From contig CM120647.1 of NCBI GenBank assembly GCA_051362555.1, forward strand, positions 12,624,651-12,688,650: DNA of 64,000 nt, read 5' to 3'. The translations under genes were made by a program, and so were the position numbers. Each line of letters opens with the position of its first letter. Positions within the stretch are counted from its first letter, which is position 1. Positions 1 to 12,100 of the stretch are shown here, piece after piece. This DNA comes from Lingula anatina (Eukaryota; Animalia; Brachiopoda). Below the pieces are notes generated by a model, which did not search any database, was not told where the DNA came from, and was given only the letters and a program-made list of their open reading frames with translations.

Positions 1-1010
1 TAGAAAGTTTGATTGTAAAATATTGGGTGAAAAAAATGAAAAAAAAATCCTGAAAAATCTCCATTTTCATATCCATGGTATTTGGACTCCCATGAAGACA
101 AAACCCCATTTTATATTTAGTCACCATACCATTATTTTCCACATAGTTTGCATTGTGACAAATATTTTGTTAGTATTTGAAAGTATGGTGGCAAAAAATT
201 GGTGAAATTGAAATGATCACCGAATATCAAGTAAACAACTTTTCCATAGGGGATTCATTGTTTGGTAGAATAAACATTTTTAATTTTCTTCTATTCTCAT
301 GAAAACATTTACCTGCAAACTAGCAAAAAGTGCCAATGTATCCTCTATTATGTATACTACAAGATAAAAGTCATATACTCAAATAAAATAAGATTTATAA
401 AGTTTTGTAGGGGGAGTCAAAATGTCATGGGGGGGGGGGGGTCACATACGCTAGAGACACATCCCTAACACTGCCAAAATGTAGTCCTGTGATATTCAAT
501 ATTAATGGAGGGAAGAGAAGGATGTTAACTCCAGAACAGTTTAGAATGAACCTGAAAAAGTTGTTGGGAAAAAGAAAGAAAGATCCACCATAAAGCCGAC
601 TTAGGCTTCCAAAAAGCATTGAATTCTTAGTGAATTGAATTCGTATTGGTCTTTTTGAACTTATTATGAATCATTATCTAGGTGTTAGAACCCTTAGTTT
701 AGTTTTCATATGCATTTAGTCTGTCAGAATTGTTAGTCACAATGAAATTTGTGTTAAATTGTAAGCACAAACATTGATATGAAAAACCATCATATCTTAC
801 AAAATACAGAGTTTAAGTATTTTTAGCGATTTTTCTCCAAAATACTTAAACTCAAGTAGCAGCTCTGATAATAGAGATAGACTAATTTGTTTTTTTGTAG
901 TTTGCTTTTAAGATGTATAAGCATCTTTTTAGGTGGTTTTGGCACTGTTTTGGGGAAAAAAGTTATCTAAGGACACCCCCCTAGAGTAAGGGACCATTCC
1001 CACAGATAAT

Positions 1011-1164
1011 TAGATTGATCTATCTCCCTGGGGAGTCTCACTTAATTGCTATCAAACTAACAGGCTTACTAGTAAACATCTGTCACGCCTAGTAAAACTG
1101 TTAGGGGGTAATTAGCTTTACCCCTAGCTGATTCGGTAGGCGTGATAGACATTTAAGCCCCTAG
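1011..1164. repeat. Short (~155 bp) structured interspersed repeat, related to 26823-26983
   Basis: Starts TAGATTGATCTATCTCCCTGGGGAGTCTCACT and ends CCCCTAG; the second copy starts TAGATTGATCTGTCCCCGCAGGGAGTCTCACT and ends CCCCTA. Internal hairpin TGTCACGCCTA...TAGGCGTGATA. Confidence 0.55.
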
Positions 1165-1376
1165 AGCTTCATACTCTCAACTACATGTAGGCCATAGGTA
1201 TCTTTCACTTCCTAGAATGCAATCAGATTAACAGACAACTGCATCTCTTCCTGGCAATGAGTAGAGGAGCTGGTGATTATTAATACCGTATAATGCAAGT
1301 ATGATGGAAACAAACAGAGGCGTGTTCATCTGATTGGACTCAGCGACAGTCCCCTTGGAGTTAGTGTGCAGTAGCT

Positions 1377-1544
1377 CAGGGGCGGATTTAGGCCGTCTTC
1401 TGGGTCTTCTGGCAGACGGTCAGATTTTTAAGTTAACATTGACGGGTATCTAATTTTTTCTGTCGGAAGACGGTCAAAAATGGAGGACGGATCAACAAAG
1501 ATAATTTGGAAGACTGTCAGAAAATATCTCTGGATCCGCCCCTG
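1377..1544. mobile_element. MITE with CAGGGGCGGAT terminal inverted repeats (hAT-like ends) and 6-bp TSD
   Basis: CAGGGGCGGAT at 1377 and ATCCGCCCCTG ending 1544; direct repeat GTAGCT at 1371-1376 and 1545-1550. Confidence 0.85.
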
Positions 1545-1790
1545 GTAGCTAATGCAGTTTAACAAATTATGAATGAACTCTTAGGCCCTTTTCATATCAG
1601 ATGGTATACTTGAAGCTACTGCCACACTTTCAGAGGTCCTAACTTGTACATGTAGTAATGCTATAGGTTTTACTCGCTTGCACAAGTTTGACAAGACAAG
1701 ACCAGAATGGATGGCCATATCGAGTCACAGTAGTTATCGTCTCATTTCTCTTTTTGCCAGAATTAATTTTTGAAAATTGCGATTGATTAC

Positions 1791-1796
1791 TATAAG
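1791..1796 (+). promoter_or_regulatory. TATA-like box ~30 bp upstream of the Pol III-type cassette (unit 1 shown)
   Basis: TATAAG 30 nt before GGGCGG at 1821; mutated to TATCAG or TATGAG in subsets of units. Confidence 0.4.
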
Positions 1797-1820
1797 AGGA
1801 AACTCGCACGTACGGAGGGT

Positions 1821-2027
1821 GGGCGGGTCTGTCACGGAGCAGTCGGTAGCGTGCATGGATACAAATGAGACATCAAAAGCGTCATCAACCATGGTAACTC
1901 AAAGTCACGGGTTCGAGTCCCGGATGAGGCACGTCAGTCCATCACTACAACGACCTTCCCCCTGAATCGGGATGTCACGAGACGGGAACGAATGAGGGAT
2001 CTCGTGGGACTTAGCAAATTACCTTTT
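1821..2027 (+). ncRNA. tRNA-derived Pol III-type transcription unit of ~205 nt (unit 1 shown; one per repeat unit)
   Basis: A-box-like CGGAGCAGTCGGTAGC (1835-1850); CATGG/CCATG stem at the anticodon-arm position around a 30-nt loop; B-box GGTTCGAGTCC (1910-1920) in a CGGG/CCCG T-stem; 3' hairpin TCACGAGA/TCTCGTGG; TTTT at 2024-2027. The acceptor stem is poor, so this is not a canonical tRNA. Confidence 0.6.
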
Positions 2028-2783
2028 GCATAAAAATACGGTATACTTTAGAAAGTTTACATCTGCGTCGACAATTCTATTTCCTTTCTCTTCAGTTAAA
2101 AGGCCTTATATTGGTGCCACAGATCTTGAACTTAAATTGAGCTATAACGAACTCCGTATGGCTTGCATTTCATCAAAATGTGCTATCTTCTTGGTGGGAT
2201 TATCAGAGAGAAAACTTTTCATTTTTTACTAAAGTTGCGTCACCTCTACTCCTTTTATCAGGCACGCATTTTGTTTGTTTGTTTGTTTGTTTCTTTTTTT
2301 AATGCCCTTCCTTTCCTATCTTGGGCCCTTGCTTCTCAAGATGTTCATATGTTCATACAGTACCAGGGGCAAGTAAGCAGTCGACATTTGAAAGAGTAAA
2401 GACTACTCAATACTTAAACTGCCGAGGTGTGAACAGCTGTGGACGTCATCGTGCTCCACAACGTCAAAGGTGAAACCAAACGTTATCTCAATGCAAAACC
2501 AAATGAAAATAAAAGCATCCGAAGTCAGCTTACTAGGAACGTACTAAGCAGGCCTATCAGTGGATACGATCCAAATTGTTTTGATTCTGTAGCTTTTCTG
2601 GTATTAAAGAACGTCATACCACCTGTTAACCAAACGATATCTCCTCGGCGGAATTATTTGCCAAATTTGTTTTACTAAAAATTTCCGTGGCTGCAATCGA
2701 ACCAGTAATTAAACACTTGAATGTATTTTTTTTTTATTCTCTCCTCTTATGGTCTCGCTAAAATTAAAACCCTCCTGTTGTGA
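2008..2783 (+). pseudogene. Decayed GIY-YIG endonuclease of Penelope-like retroelement type (unit 1 shown; best preserved e.g. 17331-18088)
   Basis: Colinear motifs across frameshifts: LLHKNTVY, RPYIGATDLELKLSYNEL, SQLTKNVLS, VLKHAIP, CQICLTE, PVIKHLN, K..LLL-stop. These resemble the invertebrate PLE EN pattern VVY..YIG.T...FK.RYN.H..ELSKHVW..ILKHA.PY..CxLCLTEK..LN. The catalytic Arg/His and the terminal CxH are not preserved. Confidence 0.5.
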
Positions 2784-3055
2784 ACTGCCTTTGATCTCAA
2801 GGTACTCTTTAATATCATGGGTAAAGCCAAAACCAATCTTAGTATAAAACCAACTCCGAGCTCCGAGTCGGGTTGTCAAACACGACTTCGTGTACATCAT
2901 GAAGTTCACCGTTCATTTCGGGGACTGGGGTTGCGTGGGCTGAAATGCGTCACCCGGATTATCGATTGCGATAGCAGGTCTCCACATGCACACCCAATCT
3001 GACGCTCTCTGTGACGAGGTTGAAAGTTTCCATCTGATCCATTAGAATCAACGGA

Positions 3056-3152
3056 GCTGTCGTGGCTGCGAGGTAACGCTGCTGGCTTACATACAGGCAG
3101 ACTCTCGGTCAATAGTTCGAGTCACAGTAGTTATCGTCTCATTTCTCTTTTT
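3056..3152 (+). pseudogene. Degenerate tRNA-like cloverleaf with T5 terminator (first complete copy shown; spans unit junctions)
   Basis: GCTGTCG/TCACAGT acceptor-like stem; A-box-like TGGCTGCGTGG (TGGCCGCGTGGTTA in some units); CTCGG/TCGAG stem with GTTCGAGTC; TTTTT at 3148-3152. The isotype cannot be assigned. Confidence 0.45.
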
Positions 3153-6100
3153 GCCAGAATTAATTTTTGAAAATTGCGATTGATTACTATAAGAGGAAAC
3201 TCGCACGTACGGAGGGTGGGCGGGTCTGTCACGGAGCAGTCGGTAGCGTGCATGGATACAAATGAGACATCAAAAGCGTCATCAACCATGGTAACTCAAA
3301 GTCACGGGTTCGAGTCCCGGATGAGGCACGTCAGTCCATCACTACAACGACCTTCCCCCTGAATCGGGATGTCACGAGACGGGAACGAATGAGGGATCTC
3401 GTGGGACTTAGCAAATTACCTTTTGCATAAAAATACGGTATACTTTAGAAAGTTTACATCTGCGTCGACAATTCTATTTCCTTTCTCTTCAGTTAAAAGG
3501 CCTTATATTGGTGCCACAGATCTTGAACTTAAATTGAGCTATAACGAACTCCGTATGGCTTGCATTTCATCAAAATGTGCTATCTTCTTGGTGGGATTAT
3601 CAGAGAGAAAACTTTTCATTTTTTACTAAAGTTGCGTCACCTCTACTCCTTTTATCAGGCACGCATTTTGTTTGTTTGTTTGTTTGTTTCTTTTTTTAAT
3701 GCCCTTCCTTTCCTATCTTGGGCCCTTGCTTCTCAAGATGTTCATATGTTCATACAGTACCAGGGGCAAGTAAGCAGTCGACATTTGAAAGAGTAAAGAC
3801 TACTCAATACTTAAACTGCCGAGGTGTGAACAGCTGTGGACGTCATCGTGCTCCACAACGTCAAAGGTGAAACCAAACGTTATCTCAATGCAAAACCAAA
3901 TGAAAATAAAAGCATCCGAAGTCAGCTTACTAGGAACGTACTAAGCAGGCCTATCAGTGGATACGATCCAAATTGTTTTGATTCTGTAGCTTTTCTGGTA
4001 TTAAAGAACGTCATACCACCTGTTAACCAAACGATATCTCCTCGGCGGAATTATTTGCCAAATTTGTTTTACTAAAAATTTCCGTGGCTGCAATCGAACC
4101 AGTAATTAAACACTTGAATGTATTTTTTTTTATTCTCTCCTCTTATGGTCTCGCTAAAATTAAAACCCCCCTGTTGTGAACCGCCTTTGATCGCAAGGTA
4201 CTCTTTAATATCATGGGTAAAGCCAAAACCAATCTTAGTATAAAACCAACTCCGAGCTCCGAGTCGGGTTGTCAAACACGACTTCGTGTACATCATGAAG
4301 TTCACCGTTCATTTCGGGGACTGGGGTTGCGTGGGCTGAAATGCGTCACCCGGATTATCGATTGCGACAGCAGGTCTCAACATGCACACCTAATCTGGCG
4401 CTCTCCGTGACGAGGTTGAAAGTTTCCATCTGATCCATCAGAATCAACGGAGCTGTCGTGGCTACGTGGTAACGCTGCTGGCTTACATACAGGCAGACTC
4501 TCGGTCGCTAGTTCGAGTCACAGTAGTTATCGTCTCATTTCTCTTTTTGCCAGAATCAATTTTTGAAAATTGCGATTGATTACTATAAGAGGAAACTCGC
4601 ACGTACGGAGGGTGGGCGGGTCTGTCACGGAGCAGTCGGTAGCGTGCATGGATACAAATGAGACATCAAAAGCGTCATCATCCATGGTTACTCAAAGTCA
4701 CGGGTTCGAGTCCCGGATGAGGCACGTCAGTCCATCACTACAACGACCTTCCCCCTGAATCGGGATGTCACGAGACGGGAACGAATGAGGGATCTCGTGG
4801 GACTTAGCAAATTACCTTTTGCATAAAAATACGGTATACTTTAGAAAGTTTACATCTGCGTCGACAATTCTATTTCCTTTCTCTTCAGTTAAAAGGCCTT
4901 ATATTGGTGCCACAGATCTTGAACTTAAATTGAGCTATAACGAACTCCGTATGGCTTGCATTTCATCAAAATGTGCTATCTTCTTGGTGGGATTATCAGA
5001 GGGAAAACTTTTCATTTTTTACTTAAGTTGCGTCACCTCTACTCCTTTTATCAGGCAATCATTTTGTTTGTGTGTTTGTTTCTTTTTTTTAATGCCCTTC
5101 CTTTCCTATCTTGGGCCCTTGCTTCTCAAGATGTTCATATGTTCATACAGTACCAGGGGCAAGTAAGCAGTCGACATTTGAAAGAGTAAAGACTACTCAA
5201 TACTTAAACTGCCGAGGTGTGAACAGCTGTGGACGTCATCGTGCTCCACAACGTCAAAGGTGAAACCAAACGTTATCTCAATGCAAAACCAAATGAAAAT
5301 AAAAGCATCCGAAGTCAGCTTACTAGGAACGTACTAAGCAGGCCTATCAGTGGATACGATCCAAATTGTTTTGATTCTGTAGCTTTTCTGGTATTAAAGA
5401 ACGTCATACCACCTGTTAACCAAACGATATCTCCTCGGCGGAATTATTTGCCAAATTTGTTTTACTAAAAATTTCCGTGGCTGCAATCGAACCAGTAATT
5501 AAACACTTGAATGTATTTTTTTTTATTCTCTCCTCTTATGGTCTCGCTAAAATTAAAACCCTCCTGTTGTGAACTGCCTTTGATCTCAAGGTACTCTTTA
5601 ATATCATGGGTAAAGCCAAAACCAATCTTAGTATAAAACCAACTCCGAGCTCCGAGTCGGGTTGTCAAACACGACTTCGTGTACATCATGAAGTTCACCG
5701 TTCATTTCGGGGACTGGGGTTGCGTGGGCTGAAATGCGTCACCCGGATTATCGATTGCGATAGCAGGTCTCCACATGCACACCCAATCTGACGCTCTCTG
5801 TGACGAGGTTGAAAGTTTCCATCTGATCCATTAGAATCAACGGAGCTGTCGTGGCTGCGAGGTAACGCTGCTGGCTTACATACAGGCAGACTCTCGGTCA
5901 ATAGTTCGAGTCACAGTAGTTATCGTCTCATTTCTCTTTTTGCCAGAATTAATTTTTGAAAATTGCGATTGATTACTATCAGAGGAAACTCGCACGTACG
6001 GAGAGTGGGCGGGTCTGTCACGGAGCAGTCGGTAGCGTGCATGGATACAAATGAGACATCAAAAGCGTCATCAACCATGGTAACTCAAAGTCACGGGTTC

Positions 6101-9100
6101 GAGTCCCGGATGAGGCACGTCAGTCCATCACTACAACGACCTTCCCCCTGAATCGGGATGTCACGAGACGGGAACGAATGAGGAATCTCGTGGGACTTAG
6201 CAAATTACCTTTTGCATAAAAATACGGTATACTTAAGAAAGTTTACATCTGCGTCGACAATTCTATTTCCTTTCTCTTCAGTTAAAAGGCCTTATATTGG
6301 TGCCACAGATCTTGAACTTAAATTGAGCTATAACGAACTCCGTATGGCTTGCATTTCATCAAAATGTGCTATCTTCTTGGTGGGATTATCAGAGGGAAAA
6401 CTTTTCATTTTTTACTAAAGTTGCGTCACCTCTTCTCCTTTTATCAGGCACGCATTTTGTTTGTTTGTTTGTTTCTTTTTTTTAATGCCCTTCCTTTCCT
6501 ATGTTGGACCCTTGCTTCTCAAGATGTTCATATGTTCATACAGTACCCGGGGCAAGTTAGCAGTCGACATTTGAAAGAGTAAAGACTACTCAATACTTAA
6601 ACTGCCGAGGTGTGAACAGCTGTGGACATCATCGTGCTCCACAACGTTAAAGGTGAAACCAAACGTTATCTCAATGCAAAACCAAATGAAAATAAAAGCA
6701 TCCGAAGTCAGCTTACTAGGAACGTACATGTACTAAGCAGGCCTATCAGTGGATACGATCCAAATTGTTTTGATTCTGTAGCTTTTCTGGTATTAAAGAA
6801 CGTCATACCACCTGTTAACCAAACGATATCTCCTCGGCGGAATTATTTGCCAAATTTGTTTTACTGAAAATTTCCGTGGCGGCAATCGCACCAGTAATTA
6901 AACACTTGAATGTATTTTTTTTTATTCTCTCCTCTTATGGTCTCGCTAAAATTAAAACCCTCCTGTTGTGAACCGCCTTTGATCGCAAGGTACTCTTTAA
7001 TATCATGGGTAAAGCCAAAACCAATCTTAGTATAAAACCAACTCCGAGCTCCGAGTCGGGTTGTCAAACACGACTTCGTGTACATCATGAAGTTCACCGT
7101 TCATTTCGGGGACTGGGGTTGCGTGGGCTGAAATGCGTCACCCGGATTATCGATTGCGACAGCAGGTCTCAACATGCACACCTAATCTGGCGCTCTCCGT
7201 GACGAGGTTGAAAGTTTCCATCTGATCCATCAGAATCAACGGAGCTGTCGTGGCTACGTGGTAACGCTGCTGGCTTACATACAGGCAGACTCTCGGTCGC
7301 TAGTTCGAGTCACAGTAGTTATCGTCTCATTTCTCTTTTTGCCAGAATCAATTTTTGAAAATTGCGATTGATTACTATAAGAGGAAACTCGCACGTACGG
7401 AGGGTGGGCGGGTCTGTCACGGAGCAGTCGGTAGCGTGCATGGATACAAATGAGACATCAAAAGCGTCATCATCCATGGTTACTCAAAGTCACGGGTTCG
7501 AGTCCCGGATGAGGCACGTCAGTCCATCACTACAACGACCTTCCCCCTGAATCGGGATGTCACGAGACGGGAACGAATGAGGGATCTCGTGGGACTTAGC
7601 AAATTACCTTTTGCATAAAAATACGGTATACTTTAGAAAGTTTACATCTGCGTCGACAATTCTATTTCCTTTCTCTTCAGTTAAAAGGCCTTATATTGGT
7701 GCCACAGATCTTGAACTTAAATTGAGCTATAACGAACTCCGTATGGCTTGCATTTCATCAAAATGTGCTATCTTCTTGGTGGGATTATCAGAGGGAAAAC
7801 TTTTCATTTTTTACTTAAGTTGCGTCACCTCTACTCCTTTTATCAGGCAATCATTTTGTTTGTTTGTTTGTTTCTTTTTTTTAATGCCCTTCCTTTCCTA
7901 TCTTGGGCCCTTGCTTCTCAAGATGTTCATATGTTCATACAGTACCAGGGGCAAGTAAGCAGTCGACATTTGAAAGAGTAAAGATTACTCAATACTTAAA
8001 CTGCCGAGGTGTGAACAGCTGTGGACGTCATCGTGCTCCACAACGTCAAAGGTGAAACCAAACGTTATCTCAATGCAAAACCAAATGAAAATAAAAGCAT
8101 CCGAAGTCAGCTTACTAGGAACGTACTAAGCAGGCCTATCAGTGGATACGATCCAAATTGTTTTGATTCTGTAGCTTTTCTGGTATTAAAGAACGTCATA
8201 CCACCTGTTAACCAAACGATATCTCCTCGGCGGAATTATTTGCCAAATTTGTTTTACTAAAAATTTCCGTGGCTGCAATCGAACCAGTAATTAAACACTT
8301 GAATGTATTTTTTTTTTTATTCTCTCCTCTTATGGTCTCGCTTAAATTAAAACCCTCCTGTTGTGAACTGCCTTTGATCTCAAGGTACTCTTTAATATCA
8401 TGGGTAAAGCCAAAACCAATCTTAGTATAAAACCAACTCCGAGCTCCGAGTCGGGTTGTCAAACACGATTTCGTGTACATCATGAAGTTCACCGTTCATT
8501 TCGGGGACTGGGGTTGCGTGGGCTGAAATGCGTCACCCGGATTATCGATTGCGATAGCAGGTCTCCACATGCACACCCAATCTGACGCTCTCTGTGACGA
8601 GGTTGAAAGTTTCCATCTGATCCATTAGAATCAACGGAGCTGTCGTGGCTGCGAGGTAACGCTGCTGGCTTACATACAGGCAGACTCTCGGTCAATAGTT
8701 CGAGTCACAGAAGTTATCGTCTCATTTCTCTTTTTGCCAGAATTAATTTTTGAAAATTGCGATTGATTACTATCAGAGGAAACTCGCACGTACGGAGAGT
8801 GGGCGGGTCTGTCACGGAGCAGTCGGTAGCGTGCATGGATACAAATGAGACATCAAAAGCGTCATCATCCATGGTTACTCAAAGTCACGGGTTCGAGTCC
8901 CGGATGAGGCACGTCAGTCCATCACTACAACGACCTTCCCCCTGAATCGGGATGTCACGAGACGGGAACGAATGAGGGATCTCGTGGGACTTAGCAAATT
9001 ACCTTTTGCATAAAAATACGGTATACTTTAGAAAGTTTACATCTGCGTCGACAATTCTATTTCCTTTCTCTTCAGTTAAAAGGCCTTATATTGGTGCCAC

Positions 9101-12100
9101 AGATCTTGAACTTAAATTGAGCTATAACGAACTCCGTATGGCTTGCATTTCATCAAAATGTGCTATCTTCTTGGTGGGATTATCAGAGGGAAAACTTTTC
9201 ATTTTTTACTAAAGTTGCGTCACCTCTTCTCCTTTTATCAGGCACGCATTTTGTTTGTTTGTTTGTTTCTTTTTTTTAATGCCCTTCCTTTCCTATGTTG
9301 GACCCTTGCTTCTCAAGATGTTCATATGTTCATACAGTACCCGGGGCAAGTTAGCAGTCGACATTTGAAAGAGTAAAGACTACTCAATACTTAAACTGCC
9401 GAGGTGTGAACAGCTGTGGACGTCATCGTGCTCCACAACGTTAAAGGTGAAACCAAACGTTATCTCAATGCAAAACCAAATGAAAATAAAAGCATCCGAA
9501 GTCAGCTTACTAGGAACGTACATGTACTAAGCAGGCCTATCAGTGGATACGATCCAAATTGTTTTGATTCTGTAGCTTTTCTGGTATTAAAGAACGTCAT
9601 ACCACCTGTTAACCAAACGATATCTCCTCGGCGGAATTATTTGCCAAATTTGTTTTACTGAAAATTTCCGTGGCGGCAATCGCACCAGTAATTAAACACT
9701 TGAATGTATTTTTTTTTATTCTCTCCTCTTATGGTCTCGCTAAAATTAAAACCCTCCTGTTGTGAACCGCCTTTGATCGCAAGGTACTCTTTAATATCAT
9801 GGGTAAAGCCAAAACCAATCTTAGTATAAAACCAACTCCGAGCTCCGAGTCGGGTTGTCAAACACGACTTCGTGTACATCATGAAGTTCACCGTTCATTT
9901 CGGGGACTGGGGTTGCGTGGGCTGAAATGCGTCACCCGGATTATCGATTGCGACAGCAGGTCTCAACATGCACACCTAATCTGGCGCTCTCCGTGACGAG
10001 GTTGAAAGTTTCCATCTGATCCATCAGAATCAACGGAGCTGTCGTGGCTACGTGGTAACGCTGCTGGCTTACATACAGGCAGACTCTCGGTCGCTAGTTC
10101 GAGTCACAGTAGTTATCGTCTCATTTCTCTTTTTGCCAGAATCAATTTTTGAAAATTGCGATTGATTACTATAAGAGGAAACTCGCACGTACGGAGGGTG
10201 GGCGGGTCTGTCACGGAGCAGTCGGTAGCGTGCATGGATACAAATGAGACATCAAAAGCGTCATCATCCATGGTTACTCAAAGTCACGGGTTCGACTCCC
10301 GGATGAGGCACGTCAGTCCATCACTACAACGACCTTCCCCCTGAATCGGGATGTCACGAGACGGGAACGAATGAGGGATCTCGTGGGACTTAGCAAATTA
10401 CCTTTTGCATAAAAATACGGTATACTTTAGAAAGTTTACATCTGCGTCGACAATTCTATTTCCTTTCTCTTCAGTTAAAAGGCCTTATATTGGTGCCACA
10501 GATCTTGAACTTAAATTGAGCTATAACGAACTCCGTATGGCTTGCATTTCATCAAAATGTGCTATCTTCTTGGTGGGATTATCAGAGGGAAAACTTTTCA
10601 TTTTTTACTTAAGTTGCGTCACCTCTACTCCTTTTATCAGGCAATCATTTTGTTTGTTTGTTTGTTTCTTTTTTTTAATGCCCTTCCTTTCCTATCTTGG
10701 GCCCTTGCTTCTCAAGATGTTCATATGTTCATACAGTACCAGGGGCAAGTAAGCAGTCGACATTTGAAAGAGTAAAGATTACTCAATACTTAAACTGCCG
10801 AGGTGTGAACAGCTGTGGACGTCATCGTGCTCCACAACGTCAAAGGTGAAACCAAACGTTATCTCAATGCAAAACCAAATGAAAATAAAAGCATCCGAAG
10901 TCAGCTTACTAGGAACGTACTAAGCAGGCCTATCAGTGGATACGATCCAAATTGTTTTGATTCTGTAGCTTTTCTGGTATTAAAGAACGTCATACCACCT
11001 GTTAACCAAACGATATCTCCTCGGCGGAATTATTTGCCAAATTTGTTTTACTAAAAATTTCCGTGGCTGCAATCGAACCAGTAATTAAACACTTGAATGT
11101 ATTTTTTTTTTTTATTCTCTCCTCTTATGGTCTCGCTTAAATTAAAACCCTCCTGTTGTGAACTGCCTTTGATCTCAAGGTACTCTTTAATATCATGGGT
11201 AAAGCCAAAACCAATCTTAGTATAAAACCAACTCCGAGCTCCGAGTCGGGTTGTCAAACACGATTTCGTGTACATCATGAAGTTCACCGTTCATTTCGGG
11301 GACTGGGGTTGCGTGGGCTGAAATGCGTCACCCGGATTATCGATTGCGATAGCAGGTCTCCACATGCACACCCAATCTGACGCTCTCTGTGACGAGGTTG
11401 AAAGTTTCCATCTGATCCATTAGAATCAACGGAGCTGTCGTGGCTGCGAGGTAACGCTGCTGGCTTACATACAGGCAGACTCTCGGTCAATAGTTCGAGT
11501 CACAGAAGTTATCGTCTCATTTCTCTTTTTGCCAGAATTAATTTTTGAAAATTGCGATTGATTACTATCAGAGGAAACTCGCACGTACGGAGAGTGGGCG
11601 GGTCTGTCACGGAGCAGTCGGTAGCGTGCATGGATACAAATGAGACATCAAAAGCGTCATCATCCATGGTTACTCAAAGTCACGGGTTCGAGTCCCGGAT
11701 GAGGCACGTCAGTCCATCACTACAACGACCTTCCCCCTGAATCGGGATGTCACGAGACGGGAACGAATGAGGGATCTCGTGGGACTTAGCAAATTACCTT
11801 TTGCATAAAAATACGGTATACTTTAGAAAGTTTACATCTGCGTCGACAATTCTATTTCCTTTCTCTTCAGTTAAAAGGCCTTATATTGGTGCCACAGATC
11901 TTGAACTTAAATTGAGCTATAACGAACTCCGTATGGCTTGCATTTCATCAAAATGTGCTATCTTCTTGGTGGGATTATCAGAGGGAAAACTTTTCATTTT
12001 TTACTAAAGTTGCGTCACCTCTTCTCCTTTTATCAGGCACGCATTTTGTTTGTTTGTTTGTTTCTTTTTTTTAATGCCCTTCCTTTCCTATGTTGGACCC

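Noticed and set aside
1-990. AT-rich probable DNA-transposon remnant
   Set aside because: No partner terminus, TSD or coding motif is visible within the window.
2096-2155. 60-nt symmetric exon repeated in every unit (ctcttcAG...C|GTATGG)
   Set aside because: The donor is weak and there is no host gene evidence; the reading frame continues on both sides as part of the EN-like remnant. It is not excluded without RNA-seq.
2670-2690. U5 snRNA-like string TTTTACTAAAAATTTCCGTGG
   Set aside because: The invariant loop GCCUUUUAC, the flanking stems and a nearby Sm site are missing; other units read TCTTACTGAAAATTTCC, which fits the CLTE codons better.
2993-3030. U4-like CCCAAT..CCGTGACGA..TTGAAA, and hammerhead-like TGACGAG..GAAA, in the unit
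   Set aside because: No U4 5' domain or adjacent Sm site; the hammerhead would lack C3 and stem II.
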